From IMG/VR virus record IMGVR_UViG_3300025141_012428, positions 1 to 64,000 of that record: 64,000 nt of DNA. One strand, given 5' to 3'. A model generated the notes under the pieces. It made no database searches. It saw only the letters and a program-made list of their open reading frames with translations, and was not told the DNA's origin. This stretch comes from a virus. Lineage: Duplodnaviria; Caudoviricetes. The first letter of the stretch is position 1. Every line of letters begins with the position of its first letter. A program made the position numbers and the translations under genes. Below are positions 37,293 through 52,200 of the stretch, one piece after another.

Positions 37293-40200
37293 ATGGCAAA
37301 GGTAAATCAAAGTAATCTGAACTTTATAAAAGATGTTTTTGGCTATGGGGACGACGATATCCATCAAAATTACCCAGAGTACAACTACAGGCTCAGGCTA
37401 GCTGGCTTCACTGAGTACAACCCTTATATTTCTGAATACCCTCAGCTAGAAGACGAGAGCGACGAACATTATAATGCTAGGAAGCTGACTTCTGGAAAGT
37501 ATTTTGGCGAACAAGAAATACTAATAGACAATGTTTTGTGGTCTAATGAAACTGTAAATGGTTTAAAGGTAAATAGCCAGTTTTTCGACGGCAAAATACC
37601 AAAAACATTATTATTTTTAGAAGAGTGCAAGCTAGTTAGCGAAGAACAAGAAGATGGGACTTTCGTGGACATGTACGAGGTAAAGTCTAAGTCTTTGAAC
37701 GAGCAAAATAAAGTAAAGAGCCATGAGCCTCTTGTGACCTTTCAGGTCGATTTGCCAGAGTCAACTAAAGACGATGACAAAAACGGGTATTTAGTATTTA
37801 GAAAAAAAGACGTAGTCACGAAGATAGATCCAAGTGTGCCTTTAGGGGATGACTCTAACTCTCTTTTGCCAATAAGTTCTGGTTGGGAGCAGATAACAGG
37901 TTTTTCTAGTGTGGATATAAAAGGCTTAGTTGACGATGCAGGTGAAGATATAACTGACAGAATAAAGGCAGCCGCGTTCATTGATAATAATACTTTTTAC
38001 GACGAAGAAACAGACACATCTTCCTACTCTGGCTATGAACCTTTTACTAACGAAACCGAAACGAGATACAAGGTAATAGATAGTGGCCTATATCATAGCC
38101 CAACTAAAGATAATGAACTTACTCAAAACAGAGTAATAGACTTAAATTTAACATCCCAAGGAGCTTCTTATTTTGCGAATGGGGAAGAGGCCTCTGGGCA
38201 AGCCGACAAAACATATACTTTAGAGCGAAAAGTTTCACGAGAAAGTAACACAGAAGATTTTCCGGCTAAATGGGAAGTTATAGAACATAACGCTACTTTT
38301 CCTTATACAGACAGAGATGATCTGAGTGACTATAAAACAACTAACGTAAACTTTAGGGTAAGCGGAATCTATAGTACAGTTGAGACTACTGGAGACAATG
38401 CTTCCGAGGGGGAGAACTACTTTGAAGTTGATTTATTTCCTGACTGGGGTAAAAGTAACAGCCAAACTTCAGTAACTAATAGACAAGAGACCGCAGACTT
38501 GGTTTTCAGAAGTGGAGAGTTCTTGAAGGTTATCCAAAGGTCAACCAAAAAAATAACTAGCACTAACCCACATGTCTATGATCAATATAACTCTATTGAT
38601 GTACACTTTAGCCCCTATTCTACTGGGCAAAGTGGCTGCCTTACAGGAGTAGGAAACGAAACCGGCTTTTATGAGTTAGAGTACCAACTGGTCCCCCAAA
38701 AAAACACAGCCGAAAAGCTTTATTATGAAACCGGCGAGGGCCTTGACGTTGGGGATAGGGTATATTTAAATACGGGCAGCTCTACAGAGGGCATAGAGTC
38801 GGATGTTTTTGGGGGCTTGCCTGCTGTGTTGAGCGATCAGGCTAATCTGACCGAAAGCACTGATCCCAACACGTTTTCTGAAGACGGGCTAGCTTCTTAC
38901 TTTATAGACCTTGGTAATCATATAAGGCCTGAAAGTGTGCCGGAGAATGCTTATAGTGGCTTTGGTTATTCCTACTTTAACTCTGGAGAAGAATATCTTG
39001 TTGTTCCCAAAGGGGGGTATAATACAGTAGGCTCAGAAGTATATACTACTCATTATTCAGCGGGAGAAACTACTAAAACTTTTTTTCAGGGAGAGCAAAC
39101 TGACGACATTAATGCTAATTACGCCCTAACAGAATATAGAACTTTTGATGATAACCCACTTACTGAAGAAGAATTTTTACATAAAAACGAAAGAGGCGTA
39201 AGAATTTCTGAAAAATCAATATGTCTAGGTGATTCTTCAACAGACCTAAAAGACTATTTTTCACCTCATCCTAGTTTTATTTTAGATCAAGATAGACGAC
39301 AATACGAAACATATAACACTTTTACAAATGCGAGCATATTAAATATTGATAGCGAGAATGGAGAAGTAGATATAGCAAATTTAAAAACAAATAAAAAAGA
39401 GTTTTTAAATGGAGTAAATTTATTTTTTGAGAAGAACTATGTTGCTTCCCTTACTGTTTTAGCAACGGGCCAAAAGCAGGACATAAACTCTTTAGCCAGC
39501 TTTATGGAGAAGGAGAAGAAGTATTATATAGAAAGAGACATATATATAGATTCTGATGTATATAGTCAAGCTAACTCTATTTCGCCTACATTCACATCTT
39601 CTGAGTCGTCTGATAATAGAAACCCTTTCAGTGTTAGCGCGGCAACCCCTAATCCATTTTCTATGGGAGAAGAGAAGCATTATCTTACGCAAGTTTACCA
39701 TGAGGACCATAGCGCCTTTCCTTATAATGATTACGATTATTATAATTCACAGCCAGAGATACTCGAGGAGTATACTTACCTGAATAGGAAGGACTCTATA
39801 ATTTCTGATTTCTCTGTTAACAACATAACAGAAGCTAGGTCGTATTATCCCAATAAGTATGAATCTGCTATATTTTCGACAAGCCATAAAGCTCTTCCAG
39901 AAGAAGGCTACTCTATTTTAATGAATACTGGAGCGCATTCAGTTTGGCCCAATGGTATAGATGTAGGTAACTACGCATCAAATAAAGCAGATATATCTTT
40001 TACTGGTTTGAATCCGGGTGCATACTACGAAGTACAAAATAGAGCTAGCGCTGCCTCAGATTGGAAAACGGTCTCTCCTGCTGTATTGGCAACGACAGAA
40101 GGAGAAAAGATAACAGAAAAAGATGTTGTTGACCTAGAGAGCGATAGTCAAGCAAATTATAGAATCTTAGAGTGGTTCCCTAGTGCTGTTATGCTGAATT

Positions 40201-43200
40201 ATGAGGGTATTTCGGTACCTAGCGAGACCCCAGACTCTCTAATATTACAAAGTACCGCGTCGTCGAATAGGGTTTATGATATATCGAAGCAAGAGCACTC
40301 CATAACAAATTCAAGCGTAACTTCTTCTGTTAATCATGAATTGGTGTTTGGTGGCGGCTCTTCATTGACCATATTGCCTCATCGTTCTTTAGATATCCAG
40401 AAAGGTGAGTTCTCCTTGGAGTTCTTTCTAAAGAGCTTAAATGGAGACGGTACTATATTTGAAAGACAGGGAGCTATAAAGGTATATATAGATACAAACT
40501 TAAAAGTAGACTTTAATGGTGAGACTGTTATAAATTATGAAATTGGTTCTATTGGAGCTACGGCTAAACATATAGCTATTTGTAAACATGTTGTTAATCG
40601 AAATCGTGATTATGGTACGGTTTCTACTATTAGTTTATTTGTTGATGGAGAAAGGGTATTTAAAGATAAAGAAATAAGCTACAGTGATTATTCTTTTATT
40701 TCCACAAAAGATTTAGTTATTGGTTCTGGCTTAAATGCCACAATTTCTCATTTAAGGTTCTACTCTGGTAAATCTATTTATAAGGATGTTGATAAGTTTG
40801 ATATTCCTACGCCTCCGTTTACGTCAGAGAGTAGCCCAAGGAAATACAAAATATTAAAACTTAATTATAACAGAATCAAGGGTAATTCAAAATGGATAAT
40901 AAATAAAAACACTTTTGATAATACAAATCCACCTTGGGACTATCAATCAACAGATGTAGTTGAATCAGACGAGACTACAAAACACTCATATGAGTGGTTT
41001 TCTGAGGCCTCCAATAACCAAGATAATACAAAAAGCAGAGCCATGGTAAATTATTTACAGCGCTATGCCTATAGAGCGCCGAATAACCCCCATATAAACA
41101 AAAATTATGATGGCACCCCAATAGAGATAGAAGAAAATAAAGCTATAGACCTTAATAGTAAAGTATTTCCAGAAACATATCACTACAGAGTGAGGCGGGG
41201 CGGTTCCGACGGGGCCAGATTTACCGCACCCGCTCCATATTATTATGAATACAAGGGTGATAATGAAATTTTCAAAATAAGGAATAGTAGAAAAGGTGGC
41301 GAAGATAACGCTACCATACCTAGTTACTCCCAAAAACATGGTTCTTTTAAGAACGGCTCAAGATTAAGGGTTACTAAATATGTCTATAGGCTATATACAA
41401 AACACGCTGTTGTCGTTGGGGACAGTGGGTATAAAAACTCAAGGTCATCTCAGCAGGGATGGAATTACCAACTGCAATATAAGGTAACAGGCGAGGACTG
41501 GAAAGATGTTGACTCCACGGAATCTTACCAAGATTATATAGTCTTTATGAATGAGGATGGGACTTATGATCCTAATTCTTTTGAGAACACTGATCATTCT
41601 TTTGTTTTGCCTACTCTAATAAACAAGACTAGCATAACAGAAAAATACACCCCAGATCAAATAAAATTTAGAATAGAGAAGAGGCAAAATTTAACTATAT
41701 CAAATGCAGGGACGGAAGTCGATGTATTTAAAAAATTAAATCCTTTACCTATTGAAGTAAATATACCTGTTGGCGGTGCCCTGTTGGATTTAACCCAAAA
41801 GGCTGCGTCGGATACTGACTCTAAGCAAGAAGGCTATTCAACTTTCGACAACGCTACCGACTTGCTAACTGTAAACTTAGACTCTACTCAAAATTATATA
41901 TTACAAAAAGATGTAGATGAAAAAATACTATTAAGTTCTGATATAAGTGATGAATTAAAAGTAAGATCAATAGAAAGAAACGACTTTATATTAGACAAGA
42001 GATACTCAGAAACCGAAGCCGACTTGCAGGATAAGTTTTCCGATGGTGATAGCGCTTATTCAGTCCTTGAGGATGGTAGATCTTATACAATAAATGGTCT
42101 AGACAAGTTGTTTATTTATAAAGATGGAGCATCTTCAAAAGAAAGTTATAAGAGTATTGTTGGGGTAGAGCCTAGCGGAATTGAACTGTATAGAAAGGAG
42201 AAGTCATATAAGACAAGCAATTCGGTAGGCACCGCGGAGACTATCTCTGGATTAGATCCGAGCCAGACAAAGTATTTCTTCACTCCTGATATAACTAGCA
42301 GCCACTTTGACGAGCTTCAAGGGATGACTGACGACGCTTTGGTTGATTTTACAGCTAAGTCTTTTGTTACTGGCAATAATGAAGAAACTGTTTCTACAGG
42401 TATAAGCAATATAGCTTTTGAGCCTATACATAAATTCAGAACAGATATAATGACCGGCAAGTTTACGGTTGATGCAAACGACAATGGGAAAACCTTCTTA
42501 TGTTCTGGGGCGAATGCTAGTGGCATAATATCGCATGGAGGTGATTATAGCTTTGATGTTTTTAATATAAGCGATAACGCTATTGAGTTATTTAAAACAG
42601 AAGCGGATAGCTTTAACAGCCCTGTGCATACCCTAAGTCCGACTGGTGGAATGGAGTTTTCTTATAAAGACTCTTCTTTGACTAGCGGCCCCTCCACTGG
42701 AGTTATAACCCCTTTACCTTCTATTGTCAGCTTTGATGATAACTACTATGAAGGAGAAGATGGAGAGCCAGAAGTGTTCTTAATAGATGGCATTTCTGGG
42801 TTGGATTTGAGCGCCGGGAACTTAAGCTCGAAGTCTTTGTTGGTTAATATTTCTGACAGAGACTGTGCTGTGGCTGGGGCTTCTCTCGGCTCTATGTCTG
42901 GCATGCTCTTTGATAGTGATGCAAGTAGATCCAATCTTGTTGATTCGGGGGTCATAGTGGTGGACCACGATCAAATAGTTTTAACTAGCGACGATTCAGG
43001 GCTGACGGGAGTAATAAATACAGATTCTACCTTAGTTCTGCCTTCTGGTTTTAGTGATGCTGAGCATGTTACTTTCCTAAACTCGAAGAACGAAGAGGCT
43101 AGGGTTATATCTGCTTCTGGATATGGAATAAATGAAGGGGCGGGTACGGAAGCCAAGTCGGTATACTATATACCTAAAAACGAGGCAGTCAAATTTACGC

Positions 43201-46200
43201 TAGATGGCGACAACCTAAACTCTAATATCAAGTGGTCTGCGTCTAGCGTTGATGTTGTTAAATACAATCAATTAGAAGTTTTAAGTAGCATTAGTGATAA
43301 TAAGGTTTTCGTTCATGATGAGGATGTAGACGTACTAGTTGCTTCTAATTTTTCTGGTAAGACGTTTAGTGTTGTTAGGTCTCAGATAGATGACATAGAC
43401 TTTTCAGACCTTAGAAGCCAAAAGACACCTATACTTAGAGTGTTTGTTGGAGACAGGCTTATGTATTCAGCTAAGCCCGGAGTTCTTGGGGTAAAGGTTA
43501 CGGAAAGCGGTGGAGTGTTTGATTTTGAAGATATTGATGTAATATCAAAAAACATAATCTCCATAGCGCCAAGTAGCCATGGTAGGGTCTTCTGTCTTTC
43601 TGGGTCCGGTGAGGAAGTGAATTTCTTGTTCTCTAATGATATTTACGCTGGTAACTTTGAATTTTTCTTAATTACAAACAAAGCGAGGTTTGATTTGGGT
43701 ATGAATTTTGAGTCTCAAGGTAATGTATATAAGTTTAATGATCAGGAGGAAGGCGGGGAATTTTCAGAAACAGTTACGGGAATGGACGCTACCGTTATGG
43801 TTAGGGTTTCTAAGACAAAGAAAGAGGATGGAAAAGAAGTAGCTGGTGAGAAAAGATTTTTTATCGAGGTAGTTGGCCAGAAGGGCAAAGGCAGAAGAAG
43901 CTCTAATGTATATAAAAGTTCTCAAGAAGAAAACTTCAAAGAAGAAATTTTAATTAATAGGAGCAGGGGTCTAGATATTGAACTTCCTACCTTAGATTCT
44001 AGTTACGCTCAGAATGAGCCCTACAATGTGCTTTATATTAACGCATCTGAAACATCTTCCAATATAAACTACCCGGTAGAAGCGGTGTCTTCCGACGAAG
44101 GAACCTATAAAGACGAACAGTATTCTTTTTCTACTAAATTACATTACTATAAAAATCAAGAGGATTCTGTTAGCCCTTATGACAATTTTACATCGACAGA
44201 TATATATAAAAGCCCTGACTCTAATAGGATAAAAAATGGAGACGTTGCTATTATAGACGGCTCGCTTGCTAGCATAAATCTAAAATCATTTTTAAATCCT
44301 GCGTTCAAGATTGTGAATAGATTTACAGAGGACACGGTTGCCGAAAACCTAGTTAGGCAAATATCTTGTGGTGCAGACAATACATTGACTTTACCTAACC
44401 ATGGTTTAGTTACTAATCAAAGAATAAACTTTTCATGCGATAGGCTAACTAACGCAGATTACTTCTGGAAGGGCACAAAAGAAGAGCTAGAAACTGCTAG
44501 TAACACTATAGATGGCACTGCTTTAGTAGATGGAGATACGGTCATAACCGTAGAGGGCGGAAACTACTTTATTTATTCGTACAGCCAGACGGTTCTAAAT
44601 ACTCAGCAAGAGAGCTTTGTTTCCCCTGAGTCGGATGAGATGGACATCACAGATGAGGGAGCTCAAATAACCGATGTGAATAAATTCTTTTTCAGGGTTA
44701 ATAAAGGTTCTAACGTAACTGACGTTGAAGCGGGCCAAATATTTGATTTCGCTGATGATGACATAACCTACGCTGATAGACTAAACGATGATGCTGACGG
44801 TTCTATAGCCAGCATACTTAGCTTGAGTTTAAACGTGGATTCTGACGATGGGTTTAATAAAACTCAGACTTACTTTGTTGAAGTCGTAGACGAAAATAGC
44901 TTTAAATTATACTCCAACAGAAACTCTGTCGAACCTTCGCTTTCTATAGCTTCTGCTGATTTTGATGCTAATAAATACTTCTTGTCTGATACATTTTATG
45001 TTACAGATGAAGAGTGTTCTAGGGCAGATATTATAAATTTAGGAGATCAAGATGAGCCGTTAAAGAATTTTGAAGAGAATCAGAACATTTTTGGAGATAG
45101 CCCTAAGGTGGATCTCGAGAAGGTTGTCGATCTGTTTGGTCATAGCAACGGAACATATACTAGCGGAGACTTGGCCCAGTCCGGGGTTCATTTTGCTACT
45201 GGGTATAATGGAGCTGCAGACGGGCTAAATATATCAAGCCTTTCCTCTTCTAGACATATAGTATCATATGATAAATTTCATACAAGATCTTCTGACTTAA
45301 GCGATCACAACAATGACTACTTTATAAATTCTGACCTAGAAGCTGTAGAAATAAACGGAACTACTGAGCTTAATAAAAACAGAGCATATAAATACTCTAG
45401 CTCTACTTTTAATGTTCAAGACCCATCTCTATCTACATCGGACATTATATATTATCCAAAAAATGAGATACATATACCAAATAGAAAGAGCCTGACTAGA
45501 GATCAAGCTGATAAAAAGTTTGGTTATAATTTTGTGTTCATAAAGCCGGATGTTCATAATGAAGATTTGTTGATAGTATTACCTTCCGAGAGCTGGGCGG
45601 GTAAGCTCGAAAGCGTAGCTGTGGTCAATATGCATAATAGGCCGATAACTGTAGTAGACTTTGATAGAACGGTGACTCAGGTTGTAAATGCAAACTCGGC
45701 AGCTTTTATAAATAATGAAAATTTTGATACTGTCGCTCAACATGCAATAGTAAGCAATAGTGCCAATGGTTATAGTTTTTCTGATAGTAGCGTACTTGAA
45801 GATGGCGTCTTTACTGTTGCTCATGGCGGGAAAAAAACAGAAAAGTATTATGCTTTTCATGAGGGGATCTTTGTGTTGGACTACTCTACCCAACATGATA
45901 AAACAATTTTTGTAGAATCTAACATAACATTTAGTTTTCCATATTTATATTCGCCGGATGGGGCAACTAATTATGTGTCCAGCGAGACGTATCAACCTGC
46001 TGGAGATGATAATAACTTTAAGTTCGAGTTAATTAATATATCAACAAAAAGAAAAAATGAGTTATATTTTGAAAAAGAAATATACCCCAAGGCTGTATAC
46101 GATGTCTCTGTAGAAAACTTTGATACAGGGTCTGGTTTTGATGCAGATGCCTTAAAAACTTTTCTTGTTAACGGCGCTAATCAAAGCAAAGCCGATAAGA

Positions 46201-49200
46201 CTAATCATGCTCAAACTAATTTAGATAGCGATTTCGACTATCATGTATTTGGAAAAGAGATTAAGCTTGACTTAAGCGTTTATTATAGGGCTATAACCTT
46301 GGATGAAGCTAAGCGAGCGAACTTCTTGTTAAATCCGCAAACGCCGATAGACCTCGATGAGTCAACTTATTATAGAATAGTGGGCGTAGGGGGAGAAAAT
46401 AATTCAACTCTAACAATAGCCAATAATATATACGAAAACATAAAAATAAATTCTGTTACTCTGGTTGGTGACGGGCTAAGTGAAGAAGAGGTTTCCACTG
46501 AGCTAACCTACAAACAAAATTTGCAAAACAAAATATTAAACTATTTTGCTGATGAAAATCTAGGACAGTTTGTTGAGGCGCAAGAGCTAGAAGACGGGCA
46601 AACTACAACCATAATTACAACTGCCATAACGTCTAATTACTTAAATAAAGATAAAGTTTTAAGGTTGAGCGTGGGAGACATAACACTAATGGATCAGATT
46701 AAAGACTTCCATGTGTCTAGAATATTTGATAATCAGGGAAATATCTTTAACAGTGATTCAGAAATTAGATACATTGACATAGATAGAGAGTCAGATATAA
46801 TACATCTCAAAAGAGAAAATGTATACTTTGATCTAGGGGTGTCTGGCGACAAATACTTTAGGTATGTGTTAACCAACCCTGCTAATGTATATTTACCTTC
46901 CAGAAAAGAGCTGCAAAGTTACCCTGAAGACGTTCATTTCCTTATTGCTAACGCATCTTGGGAAAGCTGTAATGTGATTTGTCCAGAGGGCACTGGGGTG
47001 ATTGCTACTCAGGCCGTAGCTTCTAGCGGTGCTATAAAAATAAAATGGGAGAAGGCTAGCAACTCTTTTAGCGTGGTAGCTGATGCTGTCACAGTTACGG
47101 TTCTTGATAAGACTATCTTCTCTTGTGATTACGGCGCTTTTCTTGCTTACCAACCCAATACGTCTAGCTATCCTGTTAAAATACATAAAGATGCTGGAGA
47201 AATCAAGATTATAAATAATACCGCATCTACCTTCTATGTTAAAAACTTTAATGCGTCCAAGAGTATAAATGGATCCACTAATTCTTTTCCTGTATCTAAG
47301 TTTAGTCATACAGACTTCGAAGAGTATAAAGAAGATTTTAATATAAGTCGGAAAGTTAGAGATACTGAATTTGTTAGAATAAAAGATAGCGGCTCTTTAA
47401 ACAAGAGTATATACGAGAATGGAGTAGTGCTTTTCGACGCTGCCACGATAAAGTCTTTTTCTATGACTGAGCAAGGCTTTTTTGCTACTAACTTTGTGCC
47501 CTTAATAAGGACAAAAGAATTCGAAGACTTTATGGAGGGAGGGACTATGTCTTACGAATTTGATCTCTCGAGGGGTAGTCTTTTTACTCTAGAGTATTTT
47601 GTTGTAAACGAAGCGGGAACCATAAAGAATATAAACACTTATAGGCCCTGCTCTTTTACCTCAGATGGAAAGAACGCTAACATTGAGAAAGAATGCTTTT
47701 TGTCTGAGTTTATTTTGGACTCATCTATAAATGATAAAATCATAATGACTAATAGGGAGTATGATTATGTCATGAAAAAGACTAATAATGTTGCATTTTC
47801 TTTATTTAGTCGCTTTGATGAGGGCCTCGGTGAAGGGGTTAAGATGTTTAGGCTTGACGACTCGGGGCACAAGTTTGAGATTGATACAGATTCAGATGAC
47901 AATTATCGTGATTTATTAAAAGCTTCTGATTTCGAGGTGACAAAAAGGAATATATTCTCTGTGAATCAAGCAGGGGAAACAATTAGCTTTCTTAATCAAC
48001 AAACATATACTGATTATATAGATGAAGTCGATGGTACCTATGAAGAGGAAGAAGGTGAGGCATATTTGATAAAAACTTTTTATGCAAATAAAGACGAGTA
48101 CAAAGGAAAAATAATAGTATTTAATAAGCCTTATTTAATTTCTAATAAAGATCCGGGATCCGATACCGTCTTTATAAACAATAGTAAGTTAAGATGTTAT
48201 ATAGACGAGAAATACTATAACAGGCACGGGTTCGAGGCTATCAGTGATTACCTTGAGAAGTCTGAGGCTTCCTATGAGGGTTTTTATAATATCGTTAATA
48301 AGCCTAAGTATCTATTAACAGATAATACTAAAATAAATGTTCTAAATCATAATGCAGATGCTGAATTTTCTGGAGAAATAAATGGGCTTAAAGTTGTAAA
48401 TGCCTCCAACGCAACGTTAAAGTGTGACGGAAAAATAATTTATTCCTTAGAGGCGGCAACATACAATTCTAGCACAGACATATCTTACTCAATGTGCCCG
48501 ACTGCACAAAGAAAAGATTGGTTCTTGAAGCTGGAGGGCATAGATATACCTCATCAAGAAAGAGATTTAGAGTATTACAACGAAAGGGAAGCCGAAGCCG
48601 AAAGACTGACTCAAAAAAGAGGAGCTAATACAGAATACAAAGGTACGAGATACAGATTTTCCAACATATTTAATACTAATCGATATGAACCTGAAAAAGA
48701 AAGATCTGGTTACGAGAGTATAGCCGAGCTTGATAGTAGATATATATATGGAGTAACTCTTTATGGCAACAAAAGGGGAGAAGAGAAAAAGATAGAATAT
48801 GATGCTGACTTTACTGATTACGCTTTAAGTGGTTTGAAACTATCTTGGGATATGCCTCAGGATACCATAGCTTATTCCATGAACACCGGCCACGAGAGGC
48901 TAAGCTATTGCAAAGAGTTCGACGAAAGAAATGGTTTAGTCACGTTATCTGGCGTTGATAAAGATAGGATCTATGTAGTAGAAGACTTTGAAGAGACCTA
49001 CTATAACTTCGTATACTCAGCAGTTAGGGGCGCTGGGACGGATGCTTACCCTTTTTATAAATACCTAAGTAAGCCGTTCGATACAGAAAATTTTGGGGAG
49101 TTGAGGTCTGTTAAGTTCCAGCCAAGAATAAAATATAATGGAGAATGGAAAAAGCCGGGAGAAAAATTTATTGGCGTTGCTGGGGTCACAGACTATCAAG

Positions 49201-52200
49201 TTGAATACATATATTTCACACAGCTAAAAGCTAGCCAGTTTATATCTGCTCAAGAAGACCTTAAACTTCTAGAGGAAGCAGAAAAAGAAGACTTAAAAGA
49301 GTATAATGAAGAATTGCTCAGCAAGGTAGATAAGAACACGGCTATTGGGCAGTCTAGTGGGGTGGTCTACCCTAGGTGGAGCAAGGTGCCCGATGAAGGG
49401 GTGAGTGAGTCAGAGTTTATGCTGGCTAAAGTTGAAAAGAAAACCACAAATGGAACCAATAAAGAATTAATACAAGGGAGAAAGCTAAAAGATATTCAAG
49501 GTTCTTACGCAGAGAAAGTTATCGAATCTGACGATGGAGAAGAAGTGATTGAGGGTCAGGGCTACTTTGAGTTCAAGATACCTTACGATAGTAGGTTCAC
49601 TCATGTCTTTCAAGCTGCAGGTTCTCCGGGAATAGAAGAAGTGGAATTTGCGAATGAAGGGTCAGACGCATATAAAACCGATGGTTATTATCGTTTTAAG
49701 GTCATACTGGAGAACGTAGAGGTAGTCGTAGGGGAAGAAACAAAATCGGCGGTGAGGAACTTTCCCGGGTATGAATACGAAATAAAATCTAGCTTTAAGG
49801 TCACCAACAATACGGGTAAAGACTTATTAACGGTGTCCTTGAAGTCGGAAGACTCGGCCCCTTTTGTTGCTAATGATACCATCAGAAGCCTTAACTTGGA
49901 TTTTAATACCGATGCAGGCCAAGAGGCCATAATGACAGACTCGGGTACTTATCACCAAGGATTTGCTAAGAGGGTGGCTATAGCTCAAGGGCACGCGAAG
50001 AAAACTTTAAAAAATTCTATAGGTCATTCTTTTATTCCTTTTAATAGGTATGGCCATAACTTTTATGGACTTTCTTTCGTTTCAACTTTAAATAAAAAAA
50101 CCTATAGCTCCATAAGATTTAGGCTTAAAAAATTAATAGATAAGAAGCTATTTTTTGAAGATCTGAAAGAAGGACAGTCTGACGACTCTGCCCAAACGAC
50201 AACTTACAATAATGAAAAAAGCCCGATAGCTACTTACTTAGACAGGGGGACTTCTGGGCTTAAATATAATTTAGATACAGAGGTAAATTCCATATCTTAC
50301 CATGACGTAGCAAGGCCCGGGGGCGTTTTAAAAATGAAGTACCCTGATTGGGAAGATGTTGTAATTAGTAATGATAATTTAAAAATAAACAAAGAGCTTT
50401 CCAATGGAGACGCTATAGTGTTTAAAAATGACAGCGGAAGCATAAAGTCTGGGCAGCCATATTTTATAAGATTTGCTACTGCTTGGCAGGAGGTCTCTGA
50501 AGAGGTGAGCGCAGAAGTAGAAGTTTTAAGGATATTTACTACAGACACCAGTATAGATGGTTCTAATAAAATAGCATATGATGGCGGCATAGAAAACAAT
50601 AGGTACAAGATAGTTAATTATTTTGATTTAAGTTATGTTGATGAAAATTCTCATAGATCTAAAACAAACCTAAATAGAAATGTATTAAAAAATATGTATT
50701 TTTATGGCTGGAATATTAAGAACTATGAAGACCCTGATCCGATCACTACCTTAAATTATCCTCTTGTGGTTGGCGGCCTGAGGCTGTTTTTAGAAGCTCC
50801 GTTAACAGAGGTTGGTGATGCCTATATCGATACTTGGGGTGGCAGAGGCTTAAGTGGGGACAGCCTTAGATTCAACCTTGAACTTTCTGCTATATCCAAA
50901 AGTTGGCATGGGGAAGATATTAATGCAGGAAGTTTCGCGGCGCTAGTTGGGCTTGACGTAGAGTATATAGGAGATACTGAATCTTATCCTAGTTCTCATT
51001 GGGTAAATGAAGATATATTCTCTTCTTATAAAAATGTTTTATATAGGACGAATACTCAAATAGAGTTAGTAGAAATTAACGAGGCGGGGGTTTCCAAAAT
51101 ATTAATAAAATTAGGTAAAAATAAAAACTATAGATATATTTACAAGAGTGAGCCTGATAAAATTACTAAAGTAACTCTAAATGGTAGCGATATTTCAGCC
51201 GGTCTTGCTGCAGAAGCAACCACAGGGGGAGAGGTATTTAATACTAATGAAGACTTGGTTATAGAGATGAATGTTAGCCTCGCAGAGTGGGAAGATGAAA
51301 AGGGAGATCCAGCGCAGCCTATGTATAGCCTTGGATCGTCGAATCTAAGTCATGCAAGCGAGGTCAAAAAAGCTATTTATGAAAATTTATGTATAGTAGA
51401 ATTGGCGGAGTACGTAGACCCTAACCCGTCTGACGACAAATCCGAAGATGATGTTTATAAGGTGGAGTATTTCGACTACCAAATACCTTCTTTAAACTCA
51501 GATGAAGTCTTCGGGGCAGAGCATAGCACCCTTAAGGATGTTTTTCCGTCTTACGATACAGAGGGTTTCAGCCCGCTTTTATCTTATGGGGAAAAAGCGA
51601 ACAATCTGGTTGATTATAATAATAATGGCTTTACGGCAAGCCTTATGTATGACATGGGCATGCCAGCTATTTGTGAGTATGTTTACTTAGACTTTGTCAA
51701 TAAAAAACTATTATCATTTTCTATAACTAATTTTTGGGATGGGTTTGAGCATAAATTTGAGGGTCCGGGTCAAATATATAGAGTGCAGCCAATTGACTTT
51801 AAATATATGCTGCAAAAATCTACAGACGGCAACACGTGGACAGATATTAAAGAAAAAATACAAAAGAGGTCAAATTTTGCTATCTCAGTAGATGAAGAAT
51901 TAGATAGTACTAATAAGTTTAGGATGAAAATAATATCTGTAACTATACAGTACAAGAGAGAAGACACAAGTATTGCTGTCTATGATACTGTTAGTTTAGA
52001 TAAGCTTAGGGTGCCATTTAAATGGACATCTGCCATAAAGGGCTCAGACTTGGAGGATGGCGTCTACGATGCCTCTAGTGGCTTGTATATGCATACTATA
52101 AGCATGCCGGAGAACTATAAGATAGGTAAGTCTGTTTCATTTCCTAAGGATGGGTTTACTAGGTTTGGTGAGTTTAACTATGTGAAAGGGGGTATTCCTT

